Source of the DNA: Ascidiella aspersa
Lineage: Eukaryota
Assembly: GCA_963924565.1 (NCBI GenBank)
Contig: OZ004613.1
Coordinates: 21,576,001 to 21,640,000 of the forward strand
DNA: 64,000 bases
Direction: 5' to 3'
Made by a program: the position numbers and the translations under genes. The stretch's first letter is position 1. Each line of letters begins with the position of its first letter. The notes below the pieces were generated by a model. That model was given only the letters and a program-made list of their open reading frames with translations, ran no database searches and was not told the origin of the DNA. Positions 1-13,958 of this stretch are shown here, piece by piece.

Positions 1-299
1 GCCTTATTTGACTACCTCACAAAGGTGATTCGGAAACTACGTTGCAATCGATTTAAGACTTTTGATTTGCATGTTGTAACTACAAACCTAACGTAACTGC
101 AATATTTAAAAAGGTGTTTAAGCAAAACATTTATCATGTTCATTCGGTCAAATGGGGGAGTTTTCATGATATTATTTTCGCCTTACCGAATTTATTAAAA
201 TGAAGAAAAAGTTTCATTTTTTTTGCATGCAAATATTATAACCTATTTTGTGTAAATAAGCATGGACGTTGGTGAAAGCGACGTATTGTGTTTTAACAG

Positions 300-454
300 G
301 GAGTTTTCATCGCTTTATCCAGCCACTTATGTGGCGCGACTCGCTTACTTATATGGTTAAACCTCGCACAGCAGAGATCTGGTTTTCCAAACCTCCCACC
401 CGAATCGTCGAAGACAACTTAAAATATTGCCGTCGCGTTTTCGCATTTGCTTGA
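300..454 (+). CDS. Possible alternative terminal exon of the same upstream gene (GSFHRFIQPLMWRD...RRVFAFA*)
   Basis: Acceptor tgtgttttaacag at 299. Open in phase 1, the same entry phase as exon 2024-2157, to TGA at 452-454. No homology recognised. Confidence 0.3.
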
Positions 455-2023
455 AATCGAAGAAAAAGCTCTCAAATCCACTCCCGAAATCCGAAACGTG
501 TTATCCGAGCTTTCTTTGCGACCCGCGAGCGAATCAAAAGATCGGCGAGATCTGCTTGAGGAATGGCAAATTGCAGTTGCGCGTCATATACTTTAAACTT
601 TCGAGCGACATTCCATGCTCGATAATTGGCCCCGCGATATCGCCAGGCGATACTTTAACGACCATGCTGCGGCCCTTTTTAGGGTTCGGCGGGACACGAG
701 ATAGCAAATCTTCCGACGAGTGTTTTGTCGGATGTCTGCGAAACGCGTCGAACTTGCGACACAGATGTACAACACGTACGTAAATGTCGCCTTTGTGAGA
801 TTGCGATCGAAAGGCGGCAGTGGGTCGGGGTAGTTGTCATTGCACGAAAACGCATAACAAAAGTTTGTTTGTTTTGATCTATCGTTGCTCAAACTAGAAT
901 ATCAGAAAAAAGTGCATTAAACACTTACGAACTTTGACCATTGCGCGCCTTCAGTATTTATTAAGGTAGTTTTTTTTGTGAAAAAATACGATACCAGTGG
1001 CCTTTCTGAAGTACACACATGAACTCAATTAGGGCGAAATAAAATTCTGTCATTTTTCACACACAAACATTAGTTGCTTACGAATACCCTCGCAAGTCGT
1101 GAGCTTATCGTAGAAATTCAAATCGAGTCTTCTGCGCGTCCATTTTGGTTGTTGGTCGTGGCCCTAATGAAAAAAAAACAGGGGAGAAACACCCTTCGTT
1201 TCGTATCGTCCACCGCCGTCCTCCGGCCTGTTTATCGGAAGAAGACCAGAAAGCTCTTATCTCGAACGAGATGATGCTCTCTCCTGATACCGGTGGCGAT
1301 TCATATCCTTATCGTTCACGCGCTGCGCCCTTTGATCTTTCTCATCTAACGCCGTCGCCCGTTATTGCTGAAGCTTGTTGCTTCTTCGACTGTTTACAGC
1401 TCGGTTGACAAGCGGCCTCGTTTTGCTAAAGCGCCCCTTAAAAGCGAATGACGTCTATCGCACCTGCATCTTTGCGATGAAGCCGGAGTGAGATCTGCTA
1501 CTCACGTATCCCATCTAATTTTTTAACTAAATCACGGCATACAACCCTCTATTGTGTGCCAGCGCATAACACCAGTTTAATAGGTTTGATATTTTGCACG
1601 CCAAAAGCAAACTCTTTTATAAGTAGCTCGCATGTACGGAGGTGATGGCTTTTACTACTAGCTTGCTTTTATAACTGCTTTACAACAACTTACTTTCAAC
1701 GCAGCTGTGATGTTTTCATGTATGTGGCAAATCGGCAATTTAATATATACCATCTATAAAATTTATTAATACCAGTAAATACAAATTGATTAGCATATCC
1801 ACCGCTTTACTGTGAAAACAAACTTTTCCTGAAAAAATAATTAGAATCAACGCCAAATGGGGGCATAGTGTTCAAATCCTTTTTTAAACTTCGTTTTTCG
1901 GTTAAAGTCTTTTCCTAAACAGTTCGTAAGCTATTAATTCCAGTATATAGGCTTTCTTTATCTCACCCTAGCTTTTTGATTAATACGACCCCAAGCTTTA
2001 ACGATTATCTTCTTCCCCCCCAG

Positions 2024-2157
2024 AGTACCCGCACATGACAAACATGAACAACCACCACCAGGAAAAGAAGGTGCAGATAAATGACGAGGAGCGCGACAGC
2101 GACCATAACGAGAAGGAGAATATGTCCGAAACCGCCTCTGTAAAAAGCTACGTCTAA
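2024..2157 (+). CDS. Terminal coding exon of an upstream gene that starts outside the window; C-terminus ...YPHMTNMNNHHQEKKVQINDEERDSDHNEKENMSETASVKSYV*
   Basis: Pyrimidine-tract acceptor tcttcttccccccag at 2023 with phase-1 entry. Hydrophilic, protein-like reading frame to TAA 2155-2157, ending in a PDZ-ligand-like SYV. Followed by a U-rich 3' UTR and AATAAA at 3779-3784. Confidence 0.65.
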
Positions 2158-3800
2158 ACATATTCCCCCTTGAATTTCGAAACAACTCTCTCAAGCCAAC
2201 ACTACGAAACCCACTTTTTCATGTTTTTTTTCGACCGGCATCATTGTGTTGCCCTGCTCTCTATTGCTTGTCTGGTGCAATTTTTTTAAATCTCGGTAAT
2301 ACTTGCTGCTGCATTCCCCAATTTACACCCCACCCCACCCCACATGAGTTACCACCATTAGGCACCAAATTTGATGTTTTCTGTTTTTTTCTGTCTTTTG
2401 AAACCTTATTCTGCCTTTCTAAAACCTTAGCGTGCCCGCTGCAAGTTATACCCCCCCGGTCCTCGCGAACCACCCCTCTGTTGACTCTACGAGGCAATTG
2501 GGCTTTAAACCACATTTTGCCTTAATTATTCCAAATATTTGTCAATGCGCCATATAAACTAAAAGTGCCTGTAGTTTTGTAGCACATCACAGTTTACTGC
2601 TTCCCTGCACCAGCCTTTTTTAAGATTTATTATCTTTTGTGATTATTTTATTAGTGTGTTTTAGTTGGTTGTTGATCGTTCTTAGTTTTCGATGACTACC
2701 AGCATTTTGAAATTTTACCCTTCCTACAGCATTTAAGTGGTTTAAATTATGGCTGCTTAATCATAAGCACAGTATTATGTATTGACTTGCTGGGTAATGT
2801 TCTGCAATTTGAAAAGTATTTCGTCGTACTATGTATGCCACACACTGACTACTAATCAACGTACTGGGTTGGTTAGGCAGATAGTGTACCGCTGCTCTGG
2901 GAAATTTTGACTGCAATTAACCCCGTTTTGTGCTTTTTAATCGTAGGTAATTCGTGCTAATGTAACAATTTAAATACTTCTTTTAATAATTGAATAACGT
3001 TTTAATACTTAGTACGTCAAAAGCCGCTACATTTTCAGATGTTGGACTGTCGCCTTATTTGAATGTCTCACGGGTTGAATCAAGTTAATTTCAGTGTTTT
3101 TTCACTTTTCATTGTTGAAAGCTGCTACAAAGCACATTGAATCATACTTTTCACGACTTAAACCTATTCATTCCATTCAGTCTAGCGCCACTGTTAAAAC
3201 GGCAGAACTGTGATACGCGGGCTCTGTAAGAGCCATAACCTGTAAATAACCCAATGCTTTTAGCATATAATCACTCGAATAGTGGTGCGCAAGACTGCCT
3301 AGGCGCAATGCAGTTAAGACAAGATAAAAAGGCCCCGTTTAAATTCTACGTATTTTTGTTACTGCTGCATTTTGGTTACTGGATTAATTCGTTGATCTCA
3401 GCCTTTCACCATTTTTCCTGATTGGTTTGCTATATATTTTTTTTCAGCTGCTTAAAAAGATGCCATCGCGTTGTGTCCCAGTTGCTTTTGTTGTGTTCTG
3501 CTTGTTGCAAGCTTTACTTTGTACCAATATACGTTATTTGTGATTAAGTGCCCCCTTTCGGTGCATTTGCTATACCTGATGAACTTAACATGGCCTTTTT
3601 CGTGTATACGTTATTATTCCAATTCCATGACACGTTTCTCCCCTGCTTTGTGTTTGCGTTAATGAATTTACTTTAACGTGTGCTAGAAATTTTCTTAAGC
3701 AAGTAATTGCATCGGTTTTCATCAAGATTTTTTTCAGTTCGCGGCCTCGCAATTTGTTCTTGTTTTGCGTAACCTGTAAATAAAGTGCTTCCGTTTCTAA
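2158..3800 (+). other. 3' UTR of the upstream gene with polyadenylation signal
   Basis: U-rich non-coding stretch after the stop codon; AATAAA at 3779-3784. Confidence 0.45.
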
Positions 3801-5308
3801 TCGTTTTCACTAAAGTACAAATGAGAATCGCAATTACCCCGGTACCAAACGACCATTATGTTTATTAAAAGCAAAAAACTATCGGCTGATGTACGAAAAA
3901 GTTATATGAAAAACATTAAGTATCTTTCCTCCTACTCAAACAAGGGTAGGTTTAAGATTCGTTTTAGCGATGAACGCTTGCTGCTTGTCAAACTATGTTC
4001 TTTAATTTCGTGCTTTTTTATTTTACCGGAACCTAAAATACAGCGTTTTCAGCAAGCCTTTAAAATATTTTTGGGGAGTTCTAGCATTACCTATATTAGC
4101 TAATTTGTTTCTAGGTTATTCACTTCATTTATAACAAAACATTCTAGAAACCACAAAGAAGGGAAAAATAATATCCAAATCACTAAAGTATAGTCACCAC
4201 CAATTGCTATTGACGGGTCATTCAGGAATGTTTAATACTTTTTCATTTATTATCTGGTAACTTGCACGATAATAACCGATGTGCGATCCGATACCAAGTG
4301 AAGTGCTATGGTCAATTGAGCACTATTGGTAAAAGTGACTTGACTCAAAGCTGGCTTTGCACTTAAGAAGACTTAGCTTTGGCAGTTGATGAATTAGAGT
4401 AAGACTAGACTTGGTATTTTTGCAAATGACTTGGGATTTTAGTAATTTCAAAATGGTCTGTTTGCAACACTGAAAAATTACAGTGTGAAGGTAATGATTT
4501 TAAGGTTATAAAGAACCCACTCTGAGGTGTCATTTTTAAAGCCCAAGGGTGCCGAGAGATATTTGAGGATCTTCAGGAATCTCATTTTTGCTCAACTCTT
4601 ATAACTTTTTGTGTGGGATTAGAATGGAACTAATTCTACCTTCGTACGTAGAGTTGATGTGTGTTGTTCCAGTTCCTTTTATTTTTTAGTCAATTACCTA
4701 CAGAAAATCATTGCAGAGGTTCCGCAATCTATTTATTATTCCTGGGGAGGGGTGCCGCTAGCCATAAAAGGCTGAGAAACACTGGTTCAGGGACTCAGGA
4801 CAGGACGGACACGACGTTTAAAGCAGTTTTACAAAACACAAGTCGACATTGCGCAATTTTACAGGTTTGATTCGTGACTGCCCCCTGGTGACTGTTTTAT
4901 TTTAACACAATGGTTGCTCAAAAAGTAATCTTTCATAAATTTATTTGTTGACCAATAAATAGAATCTTGAAAGGTGTAGACCTAGTGTTTATTTTATCTT
5001 CATTTACAAATAGAAGTTTCGTTTTGTATGCTATTTCAAAGCTCAGACTGTATTGTCCATAATTTGTTTGTCGTCATCAATTGAGCACCTACAAAAACAG
5101 TAAACATGTAGGTTTTTGACATAACAAGCGCTTGAAAAGGGTATGGGCATTTAAAAAGCTCTGATTTTTGGTATTTTGCAGAAATCGCTGCCCAATCGTG
5201 CAAGTCGTGTCGAATTAGAATCTTTTTAAATCGTTAAACTCGTGGAAGATAATAAAGTAAAAGGTATTTTTTAATGTTTGATCTCTGCCTGTCCAGATTA
5301 CAAAAGAA

Positions 5309-8300
5309 CTAAATGCCGGCAATTTTGCCTAATAATATATCCGATCTACAATTTGTCAGTGACAGCATAGTTCTCCAGGGATTCGCAAAGGCTTAGAAAT
5401 GGCCAAAAGCAATCGTGATAAGCCATTTACCTCAGTCGATTTCCAAAGAACATCCTACACAACCAGGTCTTAGTCACGTGACGCCTGAGTTGCAGTTCAG
5501 CTTCGTCGAAGGAGGTCGTCAGTTTCCTCTTACTGGTTTCCGGGAATGACGTCACAACTAATGCGATCAGGAACATCGACACCCCGAAAACGGTCTGCGA
5601 TAAAAATGCGATTTTAAAATGTTGAAAAACAGACGAGGCACGTTGGCATTGAGCGATGAAACTTCCTAACTTCAGTTAGGAAAATTATGCGATATTTTTC
5701 CGCAATTAGATTGTTTAAAATACCCTATTTATGGGTTGCTGTTTAAAAGGTCCTACTTATGCATCGTCTGTCTCCAATTCAAGCCCATAGATATTTATTT
5801 CCATTTGTCGCGTTTTAATATGTCAAAAATATAATTTGGGTCTCGTGCCCGTCCTGGATCCACCCCTTATAATACTGTAACATCGTGGTGCATTATTATT
5901 CAAATAGGGTGATAAACAAATGCACACGGAGATACTAAATGGATAAAGTTATTGCTTTTCTTCCTGTTGTACTTGCTTGATATTTTTACGAGCATTTTTG
6001 CACTTGCTGTTAATATCACTGGAGTTTAATGCGCCACTACAGATCCGTCGGTTTTATGGAAATATACGGCAAGACGAGAAAAATGTGTTCTGTTCGCTCA
6101 CTAACTTATTTACACCAATACCACTGCTCGTTCGACTGCGATTAGCAGGGTAAGCTGTTGTATAGAATCAGTAGGCTACGATGTTATAATGGCTGTAGAT
6201 AACAGCTATACTGGAGTGTTTAAATAATGCTAGCTTAGCTGTGATTTTCGAACCACGCCGATTTTTCTTACATACCTGAGTTAGCCAAGGGACGCTGTAC
6301 TGCAATTGCAATGTAAACGGAGTCGCTATGCTTCCGATCCTAGCAGCCAGTGACGCAGCACCCAATGCGGAAGACCTGTTTCAAATTGTTTGTTGTTAAT
6401 AGCAAGTTTCACGGTATTTATAGCAAAATAGTATTGTTGACACCCTAATGTCGGTATATCCTCGACAAATTTATGAGGTATAACAGACCTTTTTGCACCA
6501 CCCTGTACATTGAGACAATCTCGAGTTTAAATGAGCATTTTGATATTATTTTGGTGATTTGAAGTTCGTTGCACGTAATTAACTAACGAGCATAAACACG
6601 TGTCGTACATAAGTTGAAGTTTGGGCCTTAGTGTCCTAAAAAATATTTATATATAGCTATCAAAATATGAGTGTCAATGTTGCCAGCTCTAAACTGGTCG
6701 TTGCACTATCTGTGTCAACTCCAAATTAAAAAAAACAGTCTCGACTTGATCAAATTTATAATATCAGGAATTTCCTCATATTTTGCGTTTGGCGAAAATT
6801 TATAAAGGAAGTATGCGGTAAATCCATTATATCTTGGGTAGTTGTTGTTGTTTTTTCGTGTGAGCCAAGATTTTCCAATATTCCGGACTGGATTTTGGAG
6901 CAGATGTTGGCCAGCCAGTTTATTGTTTGGCCATTCAAAGTCTTCAGACCATGCGCCCCAAGCGGTGTTTCATCGTTGGGCAATCCCCAATGATCTGATT
7001 TACGATTTGTTCTATTCCCATATCTTGGGTAACACCTATTCAAATCTGGCAACAATATAATGCGATGTATGTTTTTATGGGCTGCGTGCAAACTTTCTAG
7101 GTGAGTTTGGTTTAGCCATTTAGCTGGGGAGTCAATGGCCTTTATAGAAAGTGAGCAATGTGCTTATCTTTTTTATGTGTCTTTTTGCACAATTGCACAT
7201 CAGTTTGTCCAAAAACAGCCCGATTCTTATGGTTACTTGAATTGTGTCGTCACGTGATGGTGTAACTTGTACCGTCTTATATAAAAACTATTTTATGGAC
7301 ACCCAAAATCCTAGATCCAGCCTGATAATGACAGTTGTTATTTCGAACAATGCTCTTTTTTAACATAAAACCTACGATTTAACTTTAAAGCAAGTTGACA
7401 ACATTGTGAACAACAAAAAATATTTTACCTTCCTTTTGTTGGAAACATTTCGGTCGTGTGAAGGAACATAATTCCCCAACCGGCCGAGAGTCCAAATCTG
7501 CCGATTACTGCAAGCACAACTCCAATAGTCCCGAAAGCTAAAACGACACAATTTCTCCGATTTGGAATAGGTTAGGAAATAATAGGCCACTCAAACAAAT
7601 ATTGCTCAAGGTAACATATTTGTCTGACATTGCTGGTCTTTGAATCATACCAATTAAAGCACATTTCTAGGTTCAAGCTGCATTTGACTTTTTTTAACAA
7701 ATATTTTGCAGTACCCTTTTTTTTGCGTATTGTTGCAAATACTCAGGTTAAATTATTAAGGTCTAAATTTTATATATAGCAATACCGGTAGTGCAACACT
7801 CCGGGCGATTAATTGCCGTCAGTTAGCGAAACATAAGTGTTATTTTTAGCTGTTCATTGTTTTCAGTATACGTATAAATTTGATTTTCATAGCAAATATA
7901 TCTTACAACACTTAAAAACAGGCTGCTTTTTACTTTCGAAACCGGTCGGGGTGACGGGCGCCCCCACGGGGGCAAGGGGCGGGGGAAACTTACCCCCTCT
8001 GGAATTTTATAGTGCGATTATCATTATTGTTTATAAGTGTAATAAGATTAGCTTACTTAGGAAAGCTAAATATATTGCTTCATATTTAGTAACTCAGTTT
8101 CACTGGCTTGGTTTCACCGAGTTACTAATCGAAAAATATTGATTTGTATATAAACTTCTACTAAAATAAAATCGTACGTGCATTATTAATATCATAGGTA
8201 CTGAAGTTAACTTATGTGTATTCATACCCCCCTGGAAAATTTTCTGCGGGCGCCTCTGGTCGGGGTTTGTATATTTCTTTTGCAGGTTTACCTATAAAAT

Positions 8301-11300
8301 ACTCAAATACGACTGTCTCAGAAAGGGCATCCCTCACATTCAGGAAAGCACCTGAATGTCATTTTTTAGCTTAACAGCGCAGTAATTCCTTCCACTAACT
8401 TACCGGGAACGGTGGGGGCCAGCTGACCGGTGACTATGGAGCCGAAGCACGCCAAGCTTGCCAGCAACAACGTGGCGACGATGCAGTTGCGGCAGCCGAA
8501 CTTGGCGATTGCCGGCAGACAGAGCACGGTTCCCAAAACCTCCACCAAGCCTCCGCACATGTTGTTTACGTAGATGTCGCCCGCCAAGCGACCGATGTTG
8601 AGCGTCAGGCCGTAGTACACCAAGCTAGTAAACAACACAGGATAACCGGGAACACTCTAGTGCGGATAACCGCTGACTGGTATAGACTCTAATCCGTTGT
8701 TCATTGTCAATTTTCGTAAACAACTTTGTTATTCGATAGATCTTGAGGCTTACTCTCAACAACTTTGTTATTATTATTAAACCGAAAAGTTCCAGCGGCC
8801 GAGTCGAAAGTTGATTTTAATTACACATGTAACACAATCGAGTGTTGATTTTTTCTCTTGAAATTTTCTAAGCAACTCGTTTTATCGAAATGCCTTTTTA
8901 CTTTGATTGATAACCTATTTGTTAAACAAGACACAGCGAAAGCACAAGCATAAATATACCTCATTATCATCCAGAGAAGCATGTTTGAAATTAGAATGTA
9001 TCTGCAGAAAGGCCTCATTAGCATCTCTTTGATTGTGTTACCACCCTGTAAGTAAAACGTCATTTTTCGAATAGTCATTTTTTTAAATGCCCTGAAACAA
9101 CAGGTGCTGCAAACCAGCGTTGATCAAAAATAGGACGAATTATACTTAATGGCGTTAATTCTGTTGCTATCGCACATGCTGTTAGCTTTACTAACAAAGC
9201 GAACACATTTGTTACTCAAGCAATCTAAAAACCTATAGTATAGTAAAGATAAACTTTTGGTTTTACAGTTTTAATGAATGTATTGCAATTTGTCGTTCCC
9301 AATGTTGCCGGAAAATTGAAGACGAAAAATACGTGCATTAATTCGAAGTCACATCCTTCTGTTCATATCTTCTTCCCCGGCGGCTGGGCTTGTTATCTGC
9401 AACCACGCAATCTTCAACTTTTTACAAGCACATCTTCCAAATACCTCTACTTCGGCCTTGTCGTTTCCTTTTTCTCCGCGGTTAGTGACGAACTCTTCCC
9501 AAACATCGTCGACGAGACTACGTCCGTTTCGTCTTGCAATCTTCCTGCAAATCTTCAAGGACTCCCCTTTTCGGCCGTGTACATAGGCCCACCTTGAATA
9601 AAAAATGTATAACTCCATAACTAACACGGAAATATAGGGATTAACGAGAGCGCCTTGACTGGCTTATAGAAGTCACCTTTTGGTTTACAGGGCCCAAGCA
9701 AACGTGTTCTTAGTGTTCTCCAAGTATAAGAGAAACAGTTAGTTGTATCTTGCGAAACATTGCAACTTAAACTGCAACTTGTAAAATTTGGGCCGCTTGG
9801 TTAGACAACCGTTTTGTCTATCAGCGTTCTGGCGTTAAACAATTGTATCAAACAAATCGCTAAATGAATTGTATATGTTTTATTACATACAACAAATAAC
9901 AATTTTATGAAATTCAATAAACTAACAGTTTTAACTGCCTAAAATTACCGCAGCAATTCTGAACTACATCCCTATTCTAACGTTTTGGAGGGGTTGCTTT
10001 CAGACTTACACAAATTAAGCACATATCTTTGTTGAATTACCTTGGCGATTTGTCAATGAACAGACTACATACGAAGCAAACCGCGTAGTTTACAGAGAGC
10101 GCGATTTGCAGGTGTCTCCAGTTTCGCAAGAGAAACGCGTAGGCGCCCAGCAAGAGGCAGCCCACGCCGAAGGCCAGGGAGTAAGCGATTCCAGCAAAGT
10201 TGCGACCGTACTTGGTTGAAATCTCCACCACTGTCAAACAAATGTTACTGGCTTATATAACGCTACAGTAACTTCGTTTACTTTTAAGTTGTTTCACAGA
10301 AAACATGTCAAGATGTTTGTTTTTTTAGATCTCAGGTCCACCTGTAAAATTATTTTCAAAATAAAGTCATGCCCTGCAAAAATAATATTCAATCTCCCAA
10401 CATCGCACTGAACATTTGATAGATCATTGCAAGATAAATGTCGAACTTAATTCCTGATCAGTAATAGCAGAATACTAGCTAAGTAATATATATATTTCGC
10501 CAGCAAAGGCATCGTCAGTATATCTTAATTCGAATGAATGCATTCATGCTAGTTATATATATCTTTTAACATCTATAAAAAGTGTCTGACCTAAACTATT
10601 AGCTTTGCTAGTGTATTTTGCATTACCAACATGTTTGCGCGGGGGTTTTGTGGACAGTCGTTCACCACTCACGTTTAACTTACCGTAAACCACTATAGCG
10701 GTGACGGCAGCAACTGAGAAAGTGGATATGAGAAGCCTAAACAGTGCGAACACGTACACGTTGGGAGCAAAGGCGGTAGCCACGCCGAAGAGCGCCGCGA
10801 AAAAAGTTCCCACCCGAAAGATGAGACGTCTCCCGTACCTGCTCTCATAAAGTAACATTATTTGTAGCGAAAACTAAACCAGCAACCATACCATTTCACA
10901 CTTGCGGTACGCAAAACAAAAAACAGTTATCACTTGCCGTACACATATTGTTAAAAAAATCGGCGGCACATATACAAGAATAGAAAAAATTGTTTACAGT
11001 TCAAACTGTCAATTGGAATAGAAGTTGGTTTGCTAGCGTATACCTAACAGGTGTGAAATTAAAATATTTTTCTTCCGGGAAGATAAAAATTTTCTTACAG
11101 GGACGCATAAGGATGTTCAGAATGACGTCACAAAATTACGTCATATAGTGGGGCATCGAAATAACAGGTAACCCAAGAAAACCTATCGTTCGATGTAGCG
11201 CAACTATGCAACTTAAAACCTAATTTAAATAAATTCAAGGTAATGGTGGACTGGCCTGGGAAAAAAGAACATTTTCCTACCAATTCCATATTTACTTCAA

Positions 11301-13958
11301 AATATTCGTTTATCGGAAGGCCGTTCCGTATCGTTTGGCCTGACTTTCCCACGGTTAGCTACATTTATAATAAGATTAGATTGGTCCGCGTTCGTTGGTT
11401 GGCTCTGACCTTGACAAAATATTAACACGCACCTATCTGATAGTATCCCGCCAAATGCAGATCCAAACAGCATTCCAACGTAATAGAGCGAAGTTGAAAA
11501 GGAGCGCAATGTCAGGCGGTCGCACACCAAACCCCACTTAAGAAATCAAAAAAAGAAGGTTATGAAAACCTGTGGATTGAAAACATTACCTCTTTGTTAG
11601 TGTTTACCGCTGGAAGCCCGCATCGTTCTGCTCGTATTTTCGCGTAAACTTGGGTGAAATTCACGAAACTTTTTAAATATTATTGGGAGAAAAAATAGCC
11701 ATATTGAGATTTTATGTTTTCTAACGCCACCAGGATAAATAATAATTACAATTAGGCCTATTTATTTACACCTTACGTTACCATAAACACAGGAAGTTGT
11801 TTATTATTTAAGATTTTAAGTGATTATTTTTGTAACCTTCAAATCAATTTGCCTTAATTGTGATTGCTAATAAAACGTGGGATTCGAAAACATTAGTATT
11901 TTTTGAAATAATTTAGCTTGTAACATATAACTTTTAGACTAAGTGACGCCTCTTGCATTACATAGGCAGTTAGGTTAAAACAATTTATTAATCAGTTCTT
12001 ATAGGTGGTTTGTGTGGAAATATTACCGATTATGCAATATTGCTAAAACACAGTAAAAATAAATTAACTGACTTTAACGCCTGAATAAACGAGTTTCTGT
12101 CTCAAACCTCCGTAACAACAGTGGACTGGAACACAGAGGTGTCATAAACGTAGCCATGCTTGCAGTCGGCGGCGTATCGATCTTCAACAGAAAGTGTCGT
12201 AAAGTTGAACAAGCACGAAGATAAATTGACACTTGGACAGTTGTACGTATAAAGATGGCACTGATCGTAACGCTGGAAAAAGCAAGGCATAAAGTCAACA
12301 ACGATTGTGGACAGTTTGTTGTATATAGAACGGGGTAATATAATGAAAGCTTGATAGTTGTATCTAAAATCGGCGATAAAAAAGGTTTAATATTTGATTT
12401 AAATGTTGATCTGGTGAGCAAAAGCACTAACACCGGAAATTGGCCAATAAGACCTACAAAGAAACAATATCAAAATCTAAACAATCGATTATATTATAGT
12501 ATTAAAACCATGGAACGATTGCTGTAGTAGCGGGTAGCAGTTGTAGTTCATAATTTTAAGTGATCAGTTCATCAAAATTCGATGGTTGACGGAAGCAAAA
12601 ATTGAAAATAATTCTAAGCGATTGTGAACTATCAACAAAACAAATTTGCAAAAATGTCTTGCGGATGCTGTGTACGGAAAGGGTACAAGTTGTTTGAAAG
12701 TTAAGCGGACTATACTGGGATTAATGTCACATCTACTGAGATTCAAGTCTCTCAATAGTTCTTTTCGAATTGTGTTTTATTTCGACATTGATGTTGCTCT
12801 ATGGAGCATCATGGTTGGAGGTTGTAGTAAGACGTAATAAGAATATCAATGCCATGATGTTGCTCTAACATATGATGTTGCTCTAAATTCGGTCTTAAGG
12901 CTTGTGCCCTTTTAAGATATACACCTAACTATAAAGCTTACGTAATACATAATTGCAAGCAATTTGGGAGAAATATGCCACTAATTTGTTGCGCTCTTTT
13001 TGCTTGCCAGGTGCGCCGCTACGTTTTTATATGTCTCTAAGTGCGCCAGGAAGTAAAAAAGGTTATAAAGTTACACTGCTATAAAGTTACAGTTAGGGCG
13101 ATATTCATGACCAATTGTTGGCGGTAGGCTATTGTTATACCTATTCCTATACTGATCAAAAACGCACGTCGCAAGAGCAATCTTCTACTTCAACTAACCT
13201 GTATTTTCTAATCGAATTATTTTACAACCTCATAACTACAAATGCTGAAATCTATTATTGCTAACCTGCGATTTCTCGTCCCACGGTATAAATAACTTTT
13301 GTTTGGCACTCTTGTTCAACACCAGGGGCCCAGCGTCTAAGGCGTTTACTTTGCATCGGTGAGGTGGTATAGCCGCTGTAAAAAACATACATTTAAGAAC
13401 AATATTGCCTTGCCAATTAGGCACTAGGCACTATATACAGCGAAGAAAGGCCAGAAGTCAGCGGTTATGTTTTGTCAGGTCTAGTAAATACGATTAAAAA
13501 ATTTATATAGTGCAATTGCAAAATACCTCAAAAGTAGTCTATAAGGCAAACTACTGCTAGACAACCTATGGAAGAATTTGACTTTCTGACAGTTTTCAGA
13601 AGTTTTACTTAATTTTACCCTAAATTATTTACCTATTTAGTAAAATTTGAACGAGTTTTTCAATTTTAATAGTTTATCGTTTCATCACTGACTTTGATTT
13701 GCTCTAATAATAATGATTTAAAAGGGGCTTGACCTGTTATTTTTAAAGAGACTTGACTTGGACTTAAGTTATTTTACAAATGACCTTACTGGGACATTTA
13801 CAAAAGACTTGTTTACTATACTACCACTTACCAAGATATACCGCCCCAGTGTTCATGAATGCTGCGGGAATTCCGATGTACATCACCAAAACAGTAATGC
13901 CAATCTGATATCTTCCCTTACCCGATATTTCGTTGACTACATGATCAAAATTCGCCAT
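5309..13958 (-). CDS. SLC22-family organic ion transporter (MFS; OCTN/OAT-like), 13 exons, about 571 aa
   Basis: Exons: 13832-13958, 13266-13375, 12108-12272, 11433-11536, 10684-10838, 10041-10230, 9445-9592, 8960-9045, 8404-8624, 7429-7537, 6276-6375, 5431-5594, 5309-5345. All GT-AG and phase-compatible. Motifs: MANFDHVVNEISGKGRYQ, PHRC, STVVTEWGLVCD, GILSDRYGRR, RNWRHLQ, KSPRW, YYGLTLN, EMFPTKGR, AARIGSIATPF, FPETS. The last tiny exon is less certain; retaining the intron gives a stop at 5427-5429. Confidence 0.93.
6841..7019 (-). mobile_element. 5'-truncated non-LTR retrotransposon 3' end (Vingi/Ingi-like), in SLC22 intron 10
   Basis: 12-bp direct repeat ATATCTTGGGTA at 6829-6840 and 7020-7031. 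The minus strand ends in a (CAA)n tail. It encodes frameshifted GIEQIVNQIIGDCPT / PLGAHGLKTLNGQTINWLANIC, resembling the C-terminal zinc-knuckle region of I-group LINE ORF2. Confidence 0.7.
7953..8258. mobile_element. hAT-like MITE
   Basis: 8-bp TSD GTCGGGGT at 7945-7952 and 8259-8266. Ends gacgggcgccc / gcgggcgcctctg. The same 3' end (cccctggaaaattttctgcgggcgcctctg) recurs at about 52301-52330. Confidence 0.75.

Noticed and set aside
427-1408. Several 60-118 aa ORFs in a GC-richer patch
   Set aside because: No motifs or consistent splice structure; probably UTR or intronic sequence of the upstream gene.
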